From the NCBI GenBank assembly GCA_963743305.1, contig CAVUPH010000006.1:160001-224000 (forward strand): a stretch of 64,000 bases of DNA, read 5' to 3'. This stretch comes from an uncultured delta proteobacterium (GTDB lineage: Bacteria; Desulfobacterota; RBG-13-43-22). Below, piece by piece: positions 25,619 through 36,044 of this stretch; position 1 is the first letter of the stretch; each line of letters begins with the position of its first letter. The notes under the pieces were generated by a model. That model saw nothing but the letters and a program-made list of their open reading frames with translations, was not told where the DNA came from and ran no database searches. Position numbers and translations under genes: made by a program.

Positions 25619-27524
25619 TCAGCCGCCTTCGAGGTTGGTCTTTTTATCCAGCTCCTCCCAGCGAAGGTAAGCCTGTTCGATATCACGCTCCACTTCGGCC
25701 AACCGGGTCTTAATCTTTAAAGCCTCTTCCTTCCCCTTTTTGTAAAACAAAGGGTCGGCGCTGGCCCCATAGAGTCTTTGCTGCTCCGATTCCAGGACGC
25801 TGATGCGTTGAGGCAGTCCTTCAAACTCCCGCTTTTCGTTGAATCCCAGTTTCCAGGGTTTCAGCGGTTTAGGCTTTTGAGCCGATTTTCCCCCGGCCTT
25901 TCTTCCCGGAACGGGGCGCCTCTTTCGGCTCCGGCCTTTGAAGCAGCCAGTCGTCGTATCCGCCGGCATATTCGCTGACCCGCCCATTTTCTTCGAAAAC
26001 GAGGGTGCTGGTAACCACTTGATTTAAAAAGGTCCGATCATGACTTACCAGCAAAAGGGTCCCTTGAAAGTCGAAGAGCAGCTCCTCCAACAGTTCCAGG
26101 GTTTCGGCATCCAGGTCGTTGGTCGGTTCGTCCAGCACCAGTACATTGGCCGGCTGGGTAAAAAGCTTGGCCAGCAGGAGCCTGTTTTTTTCTCCCCCGG
26201 AAAGGACCTGTACCGGCGTGCGGATTTTCTCCGCAGAAAAGAGAAAATCCCTTAGATAGCCGATCACGTGGCGCTGCTGCCCGTTCAGCAGGACAAAGTC
26301 ATTCTCCTGACCGATATTTTCCAAGACCGTCTTTTGTTCATCGAGCGGGATCCTGAGCTGGTCGAAATAGGCGATCTGCAGGTGAGTGCCGTGGCGAACG
26401 CTCCCGGACTGGGGGGCCAGGTTTTTCAAAAGGATATTCAGCAGGGTGGTCTTGCCCGCCCCATTGGGCCCGATAATTCCCACCTTGTCCCCGCGCATGA
26501 TCAGGGTGGAAAAATCCCGGACCACGGGGCTTTTCCCATAGGCAAAGCTCACCCGGTTGGCCTCGATAACCAGTTTTCCGGTCTTTTCCGCTTCCTGAAG
26601 CCGCAGTTTGACATTGCCTATTTTCCCGCGGCGGGCCCGGAGGGCTTCGCGCATCCGCAACAAGGCCTGGACCCGCCCCTCGTTTCTGGTTCGCCGGGCC
26701 TTGACACCCTGTCTGATCCAGGCCTCCTCCTGGGAAAGTTTTTTGTCGAACTGGTCATTTTGGTTTTCTTCGGCTTGCAAGACCGCCTGTCTACGTTCGA
26801 GATAAGTCCCATAGTCACAGTCATAGGAGAACAGGCGACCTCGATCCAGTTCCAACACCCGGGTGGCTATTTTTTTCAGAAAAGCCCGGTCATGGGTCAC
26901 AAAGAGCAGGGTCTTCACATAGCGCAGGATAAAGCCCTCCAACCATAAGATGGTCTCGATATCCAGATGGTTGGTGGGCTCATCCAGCAGCAGAATGTCC
27001 GGCTCCAGGGCCAGGGCCCGGGCGAAAAGCGCGCGGCGTTTCATCCCCGCGGAAAGGTCGGCGAATTGGGCTTCAGGGGGAAGATGGGTCCTGGACAAAA
27101 TAGTCTCGATCCGTTGAGAAAGAGCTACCCAATCCTCGGACCCCGAGAGGTCGGCCGGTTCATCCCAGCTTTCAGGAACGCCCGGGATTCCCCCGGATTC
27201 AGGTCTTAGGCCGATACGGTGGTATTCGGACAGGCCCGGCCCTTTCGGACCCAGGCCGCCGGCCACCACCTCGAAGATCGTTCCCTCGAATTCCCGGGGG
27301 ACAACCTGGTCCAGGGCAGAAACGGTGAGGCCTTGCTGACGCCATACTTCCCCACTGTCCGGAAGGATTACTCCGTTCAAAAGCTTGAGCAGGGTAGACT
27401 TTCCTTCCCCGTTGCGACCCAAAAGACAGATACGCTCCCCTTTTTCGATCTGAAAGGTGATATTTTCAAGCAGCGGGGGCTTTGAGAATCCCCAGCACAG
27501 ATCTCGTGCGCCGATTAAAGCCAT
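25619..27524 (-). CDS. uup: ABC-F ATPase Uup, frameshifted near 25895
   Basis: Two ABC domains ([18 protein letters not shown]), WIRQGVKARRTRNEGRV linker. The Uup C-terminal domain (KLGFNEKRE...AYLRWEEL) lies in the frame of ORF 25619..25987. Confidence 0.9.
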
Positions 27525-27554
27525 TCCTTAACCTTCTTTATCTGGGATAATATA

Positions 27555-28457
27555 TTAGCGGGTACGATCTCGAAGCTGCTGGATTAGCGGGGGTCCTTGG
27601 GCGAGATCCTGCAAATCAACTACCCCCAGAACGTATTTCCCGGAAGATTGCAGGCATACACCGCCATAAAGGGGGTCCCGGGCGCAAAGAATTTCACCGG
27701 AGGATTCCGGTTCCCTTTTCAGGGCGCCCCCCTTTTCTTTAAGGGCCTGTTCGTAGGCCTGTATCGTCTGGCGGGCTTCCGCGATCGATTCCTCCAGGAG
27801 AACAAAGATCCGGACCGGACGGCCGTCAAGGAGGGCCTGGGCGGTTAACCCTTTCTTGAAAAAGGGATACCCCAGGACGCTCTGGGGGATATATTTTTCG
27901 GTTTTGGGGATCAGGGCGGAAATCCCGAGTAATGTTAATTCCGGAGGGCTTTTGGATGAAGTCGGCAGATTCCTGGATATCAAACCGGCCAGGTTCAGAA
28001 AAACCGCCTGGTCTTGAGTGGCAGCACCGGAAGCATTGAGCTGAACAAAGTACCGGCCCTGGTAAAACATCAATTGCGACGGGCTGACAAAACCCTCGAT
28101 ACCCGCCTTTACCGGTTCGGCCGTCGGCTTACGATAGTTGGCGTAAATCCCGAAGGCTTCCAGGTCTGAACCCATCTCGTAGACATCGGCGGCAATACCC
28201 AGTTTTTCATTGCCGTCTTTTAAGTAAAGGCCGGCGGTCAGAATCTTAAAGCCGAACTGGAGATAGAGCTCGGCCTCCCCGTTGATATATTCGAAGAGGT
28301 CTTCCCCGGTGTATTTTTTGATTGGGCCTGCCAGTGCCCACCCGGGCAATAATCCGGAAAGCGGCAGTAGCCGCGTGTCGGCTTTCGCCTCCGGCAACAG
28401 CCCGATCCCTATCAGACAAAAAAAGAGTACCTGTATTATTCCTCGGATTTTCTTCAT
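27555..28457 (-). CDS. Exported hypothetical protein (DUF6599-like)
   Basis: Signal peptide, LFEYINGEAELY and AFGIY. Confidence 0.7.
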   Translation of the reverse strand: MKKIRGIIQVLFFCLIGIGLLPEAKADTRLLPLSGLLPGWALAGPIKKYTGEDLFEYINGEAELYLQFGFKILTAGLYLKDGNEKLGIAADVYEMGSDLEAFGIYANYRKPTAEPVKAGIEGFVSPSQLMFYQGRYFVQLNASGAATQDQAVFLNLAGLISRNLPTSSKSPPELTLLGISALIPKTEKYIPQSVLGYPFFKKGLTAQALLDGRPVRIFVLLEESIAEARQTIQAYEQALKEKGGALKREPESSGEILCARDPLYGGVCLQSSGKYVLGVVDLQDLAQGPPLIQQLRDRTR

Positions 28458-28492
28458 GGTGTCCGGTTGTTCTTCCGATTGGTTTCAGAGCG

Positions 28493-29662
28493 CTAGGCAA
28501 ATACCCGTTTGGCCCGCTCCAGCTTGGCCGGGATATCGATCCCGTTTACACAGGAAGCCGTACATTCCGAACAATCCAGACAGGACTTCAAGGAGGCCTG
28601 AGGGGGGATTTCCCGATAGGTATCCATGGCCAAGTCTAGACTGTCGTAGGCTTCGGCGTACATCAGGGAACGGTTGATGTCGCTGATGGCCACTCCGCGA
28701 GAACAGAATCCCTCGCAGCTTCCGCAGAACTGACAGTAATAAGGACTGATGGCCTGACCATACCTTTTCAGGATCTGTTCATCCGCTCGGGTCAGGGCCA
28801 TCCCCATGACGGCCAGATCCTCCCGGAGATGCGCGAGATCCTTCATCCCCGGGATGGCCGCCGTTATGTGGGTATCCTGCAAGGCCCACTTCAAAGCGGC
28901 CTGGTGTGGGCTGACCGGCCCCAGGGCCGAGGTCTGATACCCTCCGGCCTGGGTCTTCATGGCCACGATGCCGATCCCGGCCTGGGAGGCCCGGGCGATG
29001 GCTTGCTTGATTTCCGGGGGACTTTTAAAATTGTAGCCCACCAGGGCCACGTCGAAGAAGCGGTCCGGGTCGTCGGCCAGGGCATTGACGACTTCGGCTT
29101 GGTTGGTGTGGGTAGTCACCCCGAAAAACCGGACCTTGCCCTGCTTCCGCAATTGGACCAGGGCCTCCCGCACTTCCGGAAGGAAGGCCCGCTCTTTACT
29201 TTTGAGGCTATGGAGCTGGAGGACATCGAGGTAATCCGTCTGGAGCTCGGTAAGGCTCTCCTCCACGTCCCGAAAGATTTCTTTTTGGGTATCCGAGGTG
29301 GGTCGGGCTTTGGTGGCCAGATAGATTTTGTCTCGCCGCCCCTTGATGGCCTGGGCCACGATCCCCTCGTTCTTACCGTTCATGTAACGTCGGGCCGTAT
29401 CGATGTAGTTGATGCCCTGGTCCAGGCCGGCCCGGATGACTTCCGGCTCCGGCGTCAGCATGGCCCCGAAGCTGACCACCGTGATTTTCAGGCCGGTGCG
29501 GCCCAAGGTCCGGTAAACCGGGACGGCTTTTTCAGCCGAGGTCATCGAAACGCCCTCGGCAATTTCGTTTAATCCGGTGAGCCCCAGGGCTGCGGCGGCC
29601 CCTCCGCAAACACCCGCCTTGATAAATTGCCGACGGTTTATTTTTTTATCAATGTTTTCCAA
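28493..29662 (-). CDS. Aldo/keto reductase with twin-arginine leader and C-terminal Fe-S domain
   Basis: GGAGG plus TTG start at 29662, NRRQFIK, YRTLGRTG, YIDTARRY, CQFCGSCEGFC and CLDCSECTASC. Confidence 0.85.
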   Translation of the reverse strand: MENIDKKINRRQFIKAGVCGGAAAALGLTGLNEIAEGVSMTSAEKAVPVYRTLGRTGLKITVVSFGAMLTPEPEVIRAGLDQGINYIDTARRYMNGKNEGIVAQAIKGRRDKIYLATKARPTSDTQKEIFRDVEESLTELQTDYLDVLQLHSLKSKERAFLPEVREALVQLRKQGKVRFFGVTTHTNQAEVVNALADDPDRFFDVALVGYNFKSPPEIKQAIARASQAGIGIVAMKTQAGGYQTSALGPVSPHQAALKWALQDTHITAAIPGMKDLAHLREDLAVMGMALTRADEQILKRYGQAISPYYCQFCGSCEGFCSRGVAISDINRSLMYAEAYDSLDLAMDTYREIPPQASLKSCLDCSECTASCVNGIDIPAKLERAKRVFA

Positions 29663-29741
29663 AATAACCTCCGCAAATGCTCTCGAGTCGTCATTGCGAG
29701 GAGTCACTTAGGCGTGACGACAAAGTAATCCCTATTTCAGC

Positions 29742-30278
29742 TTACTCCACCAACAACTTGGTTACTTCCCCCAGACATTTTTCCACCCATTGGTCCAGCA
29801 CCGCATTCGCGGTGGCATTGATGGGATGAGGGATCAGGACAAAAGGATAATCCGGGAAACCATGGGCCAGGGCCATGGCCTTGCCGGAGGACAGGAAGGG
29901 TTCGGTACAAATCACCGCCGTGGGTCGACCCAGCTTCTCCATGATGATGCCATCGAGCACACTGCCCGAGCTGCAGGAGCCTCAGTCCCCGACCCCGGCA
30001 ATAACCACCTGGCATTGCTCAGCCAGTATTTGGGCTTGATCGGCCGGGAGGCCGTGGGATACGGATGGCTTACGAACGTAGCGGTGACCGGCCAATCCCT
30101 CCCGGGCCAGCAATTTTTCCAGTATCCCCTTCAAGAGGTAATCGGAATTTTTTTTGCCGTTGTCAATGACCCCCAGGGTCACTCCCTTAAGTTTTTCCGG
30201 TCGCGGGGCCAGGGTAAAACTGGTTTTTATGGGTCCGTCGGTCGGATCCAGTACAATATAAGACATGGGGTCCCTCAC
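29742..30278 (-). CDS. UGSC-family selenoprotein (UGA 29982-29984 read as Sec), joining two ORF-track ORFs
   Basis: In-frame GTC GGG GAC TGA GGC TCC TGC = VGD-U-GSC. The reading frame continues into ORF 29742..29960 and a hairpin follows the UGA. Confidence 0.9.
29953..29969 (-). promoter_or_regulatory. SECIS-like hairpin (UGSC gene)
   Basis: TCGGGCA-GTG-TGCTCGA, starting 12 nt after the UGA. Confidence 0.7.
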
Positions 30279-30353
30279 CTATTATTCCAATAGAATTTGA
30301 TTCTGACAGGTTCACAGTCGGATTTCGAATTTCGGGTTTCGAATTTTTTCTTT

Positions 30354-31445
30354 TCAGGTCGCCGGCCCCAACTGGGCCAGGGAGCGGGTTCAACCCCCGC
30401 CCGAACAGGTGCCGGCTTCAATCGGCCAGGTCACCGCCTTGGACATGTGCCTCCCGCCCCAGCCCGGGATAAAGGCCGAAAACCTCCCGGCTACTCCGCC
30501 GGCCATAATCAACAAAATATGGTTCGGGGAGGATACCGCCCTGATCATAGTGGTTTCATCCGCCGGGACTAGCGGCGCTTCAATCAGGCCGCCCCGTTTA
30601 AGATCGGCCAGGGGTCGGCAGGCTCGTTCATAAAGAAACTGCCGGACCCGATCTTTCTGCCACCCGCCCTCAATCAGCGTCTGGTAATGTTCCCGGCAGA
30701 GGACCACCACCCCTTCCGTATCCCCCAACATATTAAAGCTGCCCAGGCTGCGCATGCGGTCGGCCATGGTCAGCAAGATGTTTTCCGGTTTCAAGGCCCC
30801 GTGATTCTGAACCTGGTTGGGTCCTTCCGCCGCGAAAACCGTCACCGTGGCGCTCTCCCGGGGAAAACCCCGGGTCACTTGCAACGGCTCCCAACGGCTG
30901 TCTTCCTCTTCGGCGATACAATAGGTGTATTTTCCCGGGTTCCCCAAGGTACCTCGATCGAATTCTCTCCCCCCCAGATTAAACAGGATCAGACGGATCG
31001 CCCGGCCGATGGTGGCGTTGGCCCGATGGCCCGGCCCGAAAACATTTTGGCCGCTGTTCAATCCGATCTCCCGGATGATCGGTCCGTTGACGATCATTAA
31101 AATGGCGGTCCCGGCCGTGGTGGCCGTTACACCGTGCAAACCGAAATCGGGGTGGCTCATAGCCCGCACCGCCGCCACCACCACCGGAAAATATTCCGGG
31201 AGGCACCCGGCCATGACGGCATTGATGGCCGCCTTTTCCGCCGTGAAGACCCGGTTTCGTTCCGGAATGGATCCCAAGATTTCCGTTGACGGCAGTTGGG
31301 CCGCCGCCAGAAAAGCCCTTACTTTTTCCTCGGTCGGCGGGATGATCGGGAGGCCGTCGGTCCAGCCTCGGTCGTAAAAGTGGTCCCGGGCCTGCTCGGC
31401 ATCACTGAACTCCAGCCTGTCGGCATTTCCCAAATTGATTAACAT
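30354..31445 (-). CDS. UGSC-associated protein (GWTDGLPIIPPT family) with candidate C-terminal Sec (CSGGG-U)
   Basis: GWTDGLPIIPPT, NAVMAGC and GHRANATIGRA. UGA at 30390-30392 is followed by a hairpin and 11 more codons. The CDS is secure; the extension is inferred. Confidence 0.8.
30362..30380 (-). promoter_or_regulatory. SECIS-like hairpin after CSGGG-UGA
   Basis: CTGGCCC-AGTTG-GGGCCGG, with the loop starting 16 nt after the UGA. Confidence 0.6.
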
Positions 31446-31460
31446 TCCGTTTCTCCCAAG

Positions 31461-31937
31461 TTATCTTCCGGTGGGGGTCTCCCAGACCATGACCCAGGCA
31501 TCCTCTCCTTCCGGGGCATAATATCGGGGCCGGTGGTACAGCACCTTAAATCCCAACCTTTCGTAAAGTCCAATGGCCGCCTGGTTGGAAGGGCGGACTT
31601 CTAAAAATATTTTTTCGGCTTCTCGGCTTTCAGCTTCCTGAAGGAGATGATTCAGCAGCTTTCGTCCCAGGCCTTTACCCCGCAGGTCCGGGTGAACCGC
31701 AATATTCACCAATTGCAATTCCCCGGACAGGGTCCAAAAACAACTATATCCCAGCACCCTTTCCCCCGGCATTTCCTTAAGGACGAAGAGGCTGGCCGGG
31801 TACTTGGCCAGCTCTTCCTGGAACATGGCCCGGGTCCACGGATGGTGGAAGGAAGCCTGCTCGATGGCCCAAACGGCCTCCAGGTCTTTTTTCCGCGCCG
31901 CTTCAATAACCAGAAAATCCGAGGGAACGATGTTCAA
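31461..31937 (-). CDS. rimI: Ribosomal protein alanine N-acetyltransferase
   Basis: IEQASFHHPW, NIAVHP..RGKGLG, LEVRPSN and YY...EDA. Confidence 0.9.
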   Translation of the reverse strand: MNIVPSDFLVIEAARKKDLEAVWAIEQASFHHPWTRAMFQEELAKYPASLFVLKEMPGERVLGYSCFWTLSGELQLVNIAVHPDLRGKGLGRKLLNHLLQEAESREAEKIFLEVRPSNQAAIGLYERLGFKVLYHRPRYYAPEGEDAWVMVWETPTGR

Positions 31938-31972
31938 AGGGATAAAAGGCCGGGCCGATCCTCTCCGGAGAG

Positions 31973-32380
31973 TCAGGCCACTTCTTTTCTTAGTATTTCC
32001 CCGGCCAGGGAAATGCTTCGCTTTCCGGAGGTCCGTACTTCTTCGGCCAGTTGATTCAGGGATTTTCCGCCTCGCTGGGTGGCGAGATGAATCAGCATAG
32101 GGAGGTTGACACCGGTCACCACCTCCACCTTACCTTCTTCCAAGAAGGAAAGACTGATATTGGAAGGGGTCCCGCCGAACATATCGGCCAGGATCAGGAT
32201 GCCGTCACCGGAGTCCACCTGCTCAATGGCCGAGGCTACCTCGCGGCGCAGCAGGTCCACTTTCGCGTTGGGGTCCAGGGACACGGCTTGTACGCCTTTG
32301 ATCTTCCCGGTTATGAATTCAGCGGCCCTGACCAATTCTTCGCTTAATTTGCAATGACCTACCACAATGATACCAATCAT
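31973..32380 (-). CDS. PTS EIIA, mannose/fructose family
   Basis: MIGIIVVGH, DMFGGTPSN and GVNLPML. Confidence 0.9.
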   Translation of the reverse strand: MIGIIVVGHCKLSEELVRAAEFITGKIKGVQAVSLDPNAKVDLLRREVASAIEQVDSGDGILILADMFGGTPSNISLSFLEEGKVEVVTGVNLPMLIHLATQRGGKSLNQLAEEVRTSGKRSISLAGEILRKEVA

Positions 32381-32496
32381 ATCTAATAACCTCGCCAAAA
32401 ACCGATTAACCGTTGATGTGGTTGATTTGGTTTATTTCGTTGGTTTCGTTTTGAAAACCAAAGAAACCAAAAGAGCCAAATCAACGAAATAAACCC

Positions 32497-33378
32497 TCAC
32501 CCCATTTGGATGTCCCGGTGCTTGGTATTGACCATCAAATCCCGCTTCCTCAAAAAAACCGCCAAGGCATTGACGATGGCCACCGAGCGATGGCGCCCGC
32601 CGGTACAACCCACGGCAATGGTCAGATTGGATTTCCCTTCCTTTTGATATTCCGGGATCAGGAAAGAAATCAGTTTATAAAAATCCCTCAGGAAGGTCGT
32701 GGTTTCTTTCCATTTCATGATGTAATCGGCCACCGATTTTTGATTTCCATCCAAATCCTTTAACTCGGAGACAAAGAAAGGATTGGGTAAAAACCGAACA
32801 TCCATTACTATATCGGCGTCGTAAGGCAACCCGTATTTGTAGCCGAAAGAAACCAAATGAACGACCATGGGGGGAGGGGACGCCACCCGAGAAAACAAAC
32901 GCAGGATCTCCTCCCGCAACTGGTGCACATTCAAATTGGAGGTATCCAGCCGGTAGGTGGCCAACTTTTGGATGGGGGCCATTTTCCGGCGTTCCAATTG
33001 GATGTTTCCGGATAAAGTTTTGCCATCGCCCAAAGGATGGTGACGACGGGTTTGGCTGAATCGTCGGGCCAGGACTTCGTTTTCCGCGTATAAGAACAGT
33101 ATTTCGATCAGGTAGCCCTTGCGTTTGATTTCCTGATAGATCTTGGGAAATTTGGTCAGGAAATCCTTGCCCCGCAGATCCATGACCAGGGCGATTTTAA
33201 AAACCTCCTTGGAGATTTCGTCTTTCAAATCCAGGAAACGCGGCAGCAAAGTGACGGGGAGGTTGTCGATGCAAAAAAAACCGATATCTTCGAAGGCCTT
33301 AAGGGCGGTACTCTTGCCGGACCCGGAAAGGCCGCTGATAATAACCAAACGGATATTTTTCGTGGGTTTGAGGGCCAT
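32497..33378 (-). CDS. rapZ: RNase adapter RapZ
   Basis: SGLSGSGKS, FCIDNLP, SFGYKYG, DVRFLPNP and GCTGGRHRS. Confidence 0.95.
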   Translation of the reverse strand: MALKPTKNIRLVIISGLSGSGKSTALKAFEDIGFFCIDNLPVTLLPRFLDLKDEISKEVFKIALVMDLRGKDFLTKFPKIYQEIKRKGYLIEILFLYAENEVLARRFSQTRRHHPLGDGKTLSGNIQLERRKMAPIQKLATYRLDTSNLNVHQLREEILRLFSRVASPPPMVVHLVSFGYKYGLPYDADIVMDVRFLPNPFFVSELKDLDGNQKSVADYIMKWKETTTFLRDFYKLISFLIPEYQKEGKSNLTIAVGCTGGRHRSVAIVNALAVFLRKRDLMVNTKHRDIQMG

Positions 33379-33420
33379 GCCGTTGTGGCGATATCCTCTT
33401 CCCGCCCGGGGCGAAGAAAG

Positions 33421-33506
33421 ATCTAGCCAAAAATATTTGAAATATTTTTAGATTCTTACATCCATTATTAGAGACAGATTCTCAGAACAATGGATGTAAG
33501 AATCTA
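33421..33506 (-). repeat. Long hairpin repeat starting at the ptsN stop codon
   Basis: TAGATTCTTACATCCATT / AATGGATGTAAGAATCTA inverted arms; homologous to 22157-22250. Confidence 0.7.
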
Positions 33507-33968
33507 AAGGGTCAGGTCATCCTGGTCCTGAATCAATTTTTGCAATTCTTTCTGGCCATTCGCGTTGGCCAAGCTTTCCTTGAAAAGGCTGTTTTTTAAG
33601 AAACGGGAAATCTTGGCCAGGGCCTTAAGATGGTCTCCGGCGGAATTTTCAGGGGCGATCAATACAAAAAAATAATGCGCCGGTTTTCCATCCATGGAGT
33701 CGAAAGGAATCCCCGCCCGGGATCGTCCAAAACAGATGATCATTTGATTAATAGACTTGGACTTACCATGGGGGATCGCAAAACCGTCGCCAATGCCGGT
33801 GCTCCCCAACTTTTCCCGATCCTTGAGAATTTGGAGTAATTTCTCCGCCGACACTCCGGAGAAATTCCGAGCAATCCGATCGGCCAATTCCATTAAAACC
33901 TCTTCCTTGGTCCGGGCGGCGAGTTCGGGAATGATGAGTTCCGGGTTTAGAAAATCACTAATTTTCAT
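33504..33968 (-). CDS. ptsN: PTS EIIA(Ntr)
   Basis: REKLGSTGIG..AIPHGK; located in the rpoN operon. Confidence 0.9.
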   Translation of the reverse strand: MKISDFLNPELIIPELAARTKEEVLMELADRIARNFSGVSAEKLLQILKDREKLGSTGIGDGFAIPHGKSKSINQMIICFGRSRAGIPFDSMDGKPAHYFFVLIAPENSAGDHLKALAKISRFLKNSLFKESLANANGQKELQKLIQDQDDLTL

Positions 33969-33972
33969 TTAT

Positions 33973-34512
33973 TTAATTGGTAGGCTCGATCAGCCCGAAA
34001 TTGCCGTCTTTCCGTTTATAAAGGACGTTGATGACTCGGGATTTGGAATTGGTAAAGACCAGGAACTCACTGCTGGATAGTTTTAGCTGCAGGGAAGCCT
34101 CTTCCACATCCATAGGCTTGGCAAATATTCTTTCCGTCCGGATCACTTCCGGGGTCAGGGCCGGTGTTTCTTCTTCTTCAGGGAACTCCATCTCCTTATC
34201 GCCGGACTTTGACCAGTTTTCGGGATTATGGTCTTTCAGCTTTTCCCGCTGGCGCTTGATCTGCTTTTCAATTTTATCCATGACCATATCTATGGCCGCA
34301 TAAAGGTCTCCGGTCTCCTCCTGGGCTTTGATTTTGATCCCGTTGGCGTTTATGGAAATATCGGCCAGGTGTCGAAATTTTTGAACGGAGAGTACCACAT
34401 GAACTTCAATCGGTTCTTCCATTATTTTTTTCAACCGGTTCAACCGGGTCTCGGCATAATTTTTCAAATGATCCGACGGATCGAGATTCCGAAAAGTTAC
34501 GGAAATTTTCAT
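33973..34512 (-). CDS. hpf: Long ribosome hibernation promoting factor
   Basis: DLYAAID...EKQIKR and C-terminal KPMDVEEA...GLIEP. Confidence 0.93.
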   Translation of the reverse strand: MKISVTFRNLDPSDHLKNYAETRLNRLKKIMEEPIEVHVVLSVQKFRHLADISINANGIKIKAQEETGDLYAAIDMVMDKIEKQIKRQREKLKDHNPENWSKSGDKEMEFPEEEETPALTPEVIRTERIFAKPMDVEEASLQLKLSSSEFLVFTNSKSRVINVLYKRKDGNFGLIEPTN

Positions 34513-36044
34513 AGTCCCTCCTCTGTTTGAATGATGGAATCTTCCTCTGGAGAATGATCCGGCACTTTGTTTTTTTCATTGATTCCGCCCGGGCCAAAAT
34601 CCGGGTGTTTTCTTTTGCTGGAAGGTAAGATACCAAGAATTTCTCGATACTTGGCCACCGTTCGCCGAGCGATATGGATTTTTTCCCGTCGGAGCATCTC
34701 GGTAATTTCCTGATCGCTTAATGGTCGACGGTGGTCCTCCCGGGCGACGAACTGCCGAATTTTTTCCTTGACGCTTTCCGCAGCCACACCCTCCCCGTCC
34801 GGTCCGGGCAGCGAGCCATTAAAGAAAAACTTGAGTTCAAAAATACCTCGCGGGGTATGCACATACTTGTTGGTCGTCACCCGGCTGACGGTCGACTCGT
34901 GCATTTCCACATCTTCGGCCACATCCCGCAAAATCAGGGGCTTCAAGCCGGAAAGGCCGTGATCTAAAAACCCCCTTTGAATTTTAAAAATGCTCTCGGT
35001 CACCCGGTAAATGGTTCGCTGCCGCTGTTGAATACTTTTGATCAACCAGAGGGCCGAGCGCAGCTTTTCCTGAATATATTCCCTGGCCCCTTCCGGCATC
35101 TGTTCTTTGTCATTTAACGCCTTGCGGTAAAAGGAGTTGATCCGTAAGCGGGGCAGGCCATCATCGTTCAGGACGATGATATATTCGTCGCCCACCTTAT
35201 AGATAAAAATGTCCGGACTGATATACTGCGGCTCTTCGGTACTGAAGGCCCGTCCCGGTTTGGGATTTAATTGCAGAATAATCCGGACGGCCTGATAGAT
35301 TTCTTCCAGGGGGGCCTGCAGGATCTTGGCCAGGGCGGGGTAATTTTTTGTTTCTAAGAGATGAATATGGTTTTGAATTATTTCTTCCACCCAGGGCACC
35401 CGGTCCCCCAGATGTCGGATTTGAATCAGCAGGCATTCCTTCAAATCCCGCGCGGCCACCCCCAGCGGATCAAATTCTTGGATGGCCAGCAAGACTTTTT
35501 CAACCGCTTCCGGGGTCTCCTGGGTCGCGACGGCGATTTCTTCGAGCGAAGCGGACAGGTAGCCGTTCCGATCGAGATTGCCGATGATTTCGGTCCCCAT
35601 CTTTTGTTCGGCGGGAGAAAAAACGGATAAGGATAATTGCCAAATTAAATGTTCGGCCAGGGAAACCTTGCGGGTAAGAATATTTTCATAGGAGGGGAGT
35701 TCGCGGTCTTCGGTCCCCTCATCTTGGTGGGGGGCGCTGTATTCATTCAGATAGTTATCCCAGTCCAAATCCTGCAAGGCACCTAAGGCCCCTTCGGAGA
35801 GGTCCACCTCACCGGTCGGAGCTTCCACCTCGGGTAAGGCTTCCTGACCTTCCTTTTCCCCCGGCAGATACTCCGGTTCCTCGACATTCAAATCTTCCAA
35901 CACCGGGTTGGCTTCGATTTCCTGAGTCAAGGTTTCCAGCAACTCCAACCGGGAAAGCTGCAGCAATTTGATCGCCTGTTGAAGCTGGGGCGTCATAATC
36001 AACTGCTGGGAAAGCTTGAGCTGTTGTCTAATTTCCAGACCCAT
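34509..36044 (-). CDS. rpoN: RNA polymerase sigma-54 factor
   Basis: MTPQLQQAIKLLQL, HESTVSR and RpoN box ARRTVAKYRE. Confidence 0.97.
   Translation of the reverse strand: MGLEIRQQLKLSQQLIMTPQLQQAIKLLQLSRLELLETLTQEIEANPVLEDLNVEEPEYLPGEKEGQEALPEVEAPTGEVDLSEGALGALQDLDWDNYLNEYSAPHQDEGTEDRELPSYENILTRKVSLAEHLIWQLSLSVFSPAEQKMGTEIIGNLDRNGYLSASLEEIAVATQETPEAVEKVLLAIQEFDPLGVAARDLKECLLIQIRHLGDRVPWVEEIIQNHIHLLETKNYPALAKILQAPLEEIYQAVRIILQLNPKPGRAFSTEEPQYISPDIFIYKVGDEYIIVLNDDGLPRLRINSFYRKALNDKEQMPEGAREYIQEKLRSALWLIKSIQQRQRTIYRVTESIFKIQRGFLDHGLSGLKPLILRDVAEDVEMHESTVSRVTTNKYVHTPRGIFELKFFFNGSLPGPDGEGVAAESVKEKIRQFVAREDHRRPLSDQEITEMLRREKIHIARRTVAKYREILGILPSSKRKHPDFGPGGINEKNKVPDHSPEEDSIIQTEEGL

Noticed and set aside
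25880-25910. Programmed frameshift in uup or the other split genes
   Set aside because: No consistent slippery heptamer with a stimulatory structure; scattered single indels are better explained as sequence errors.
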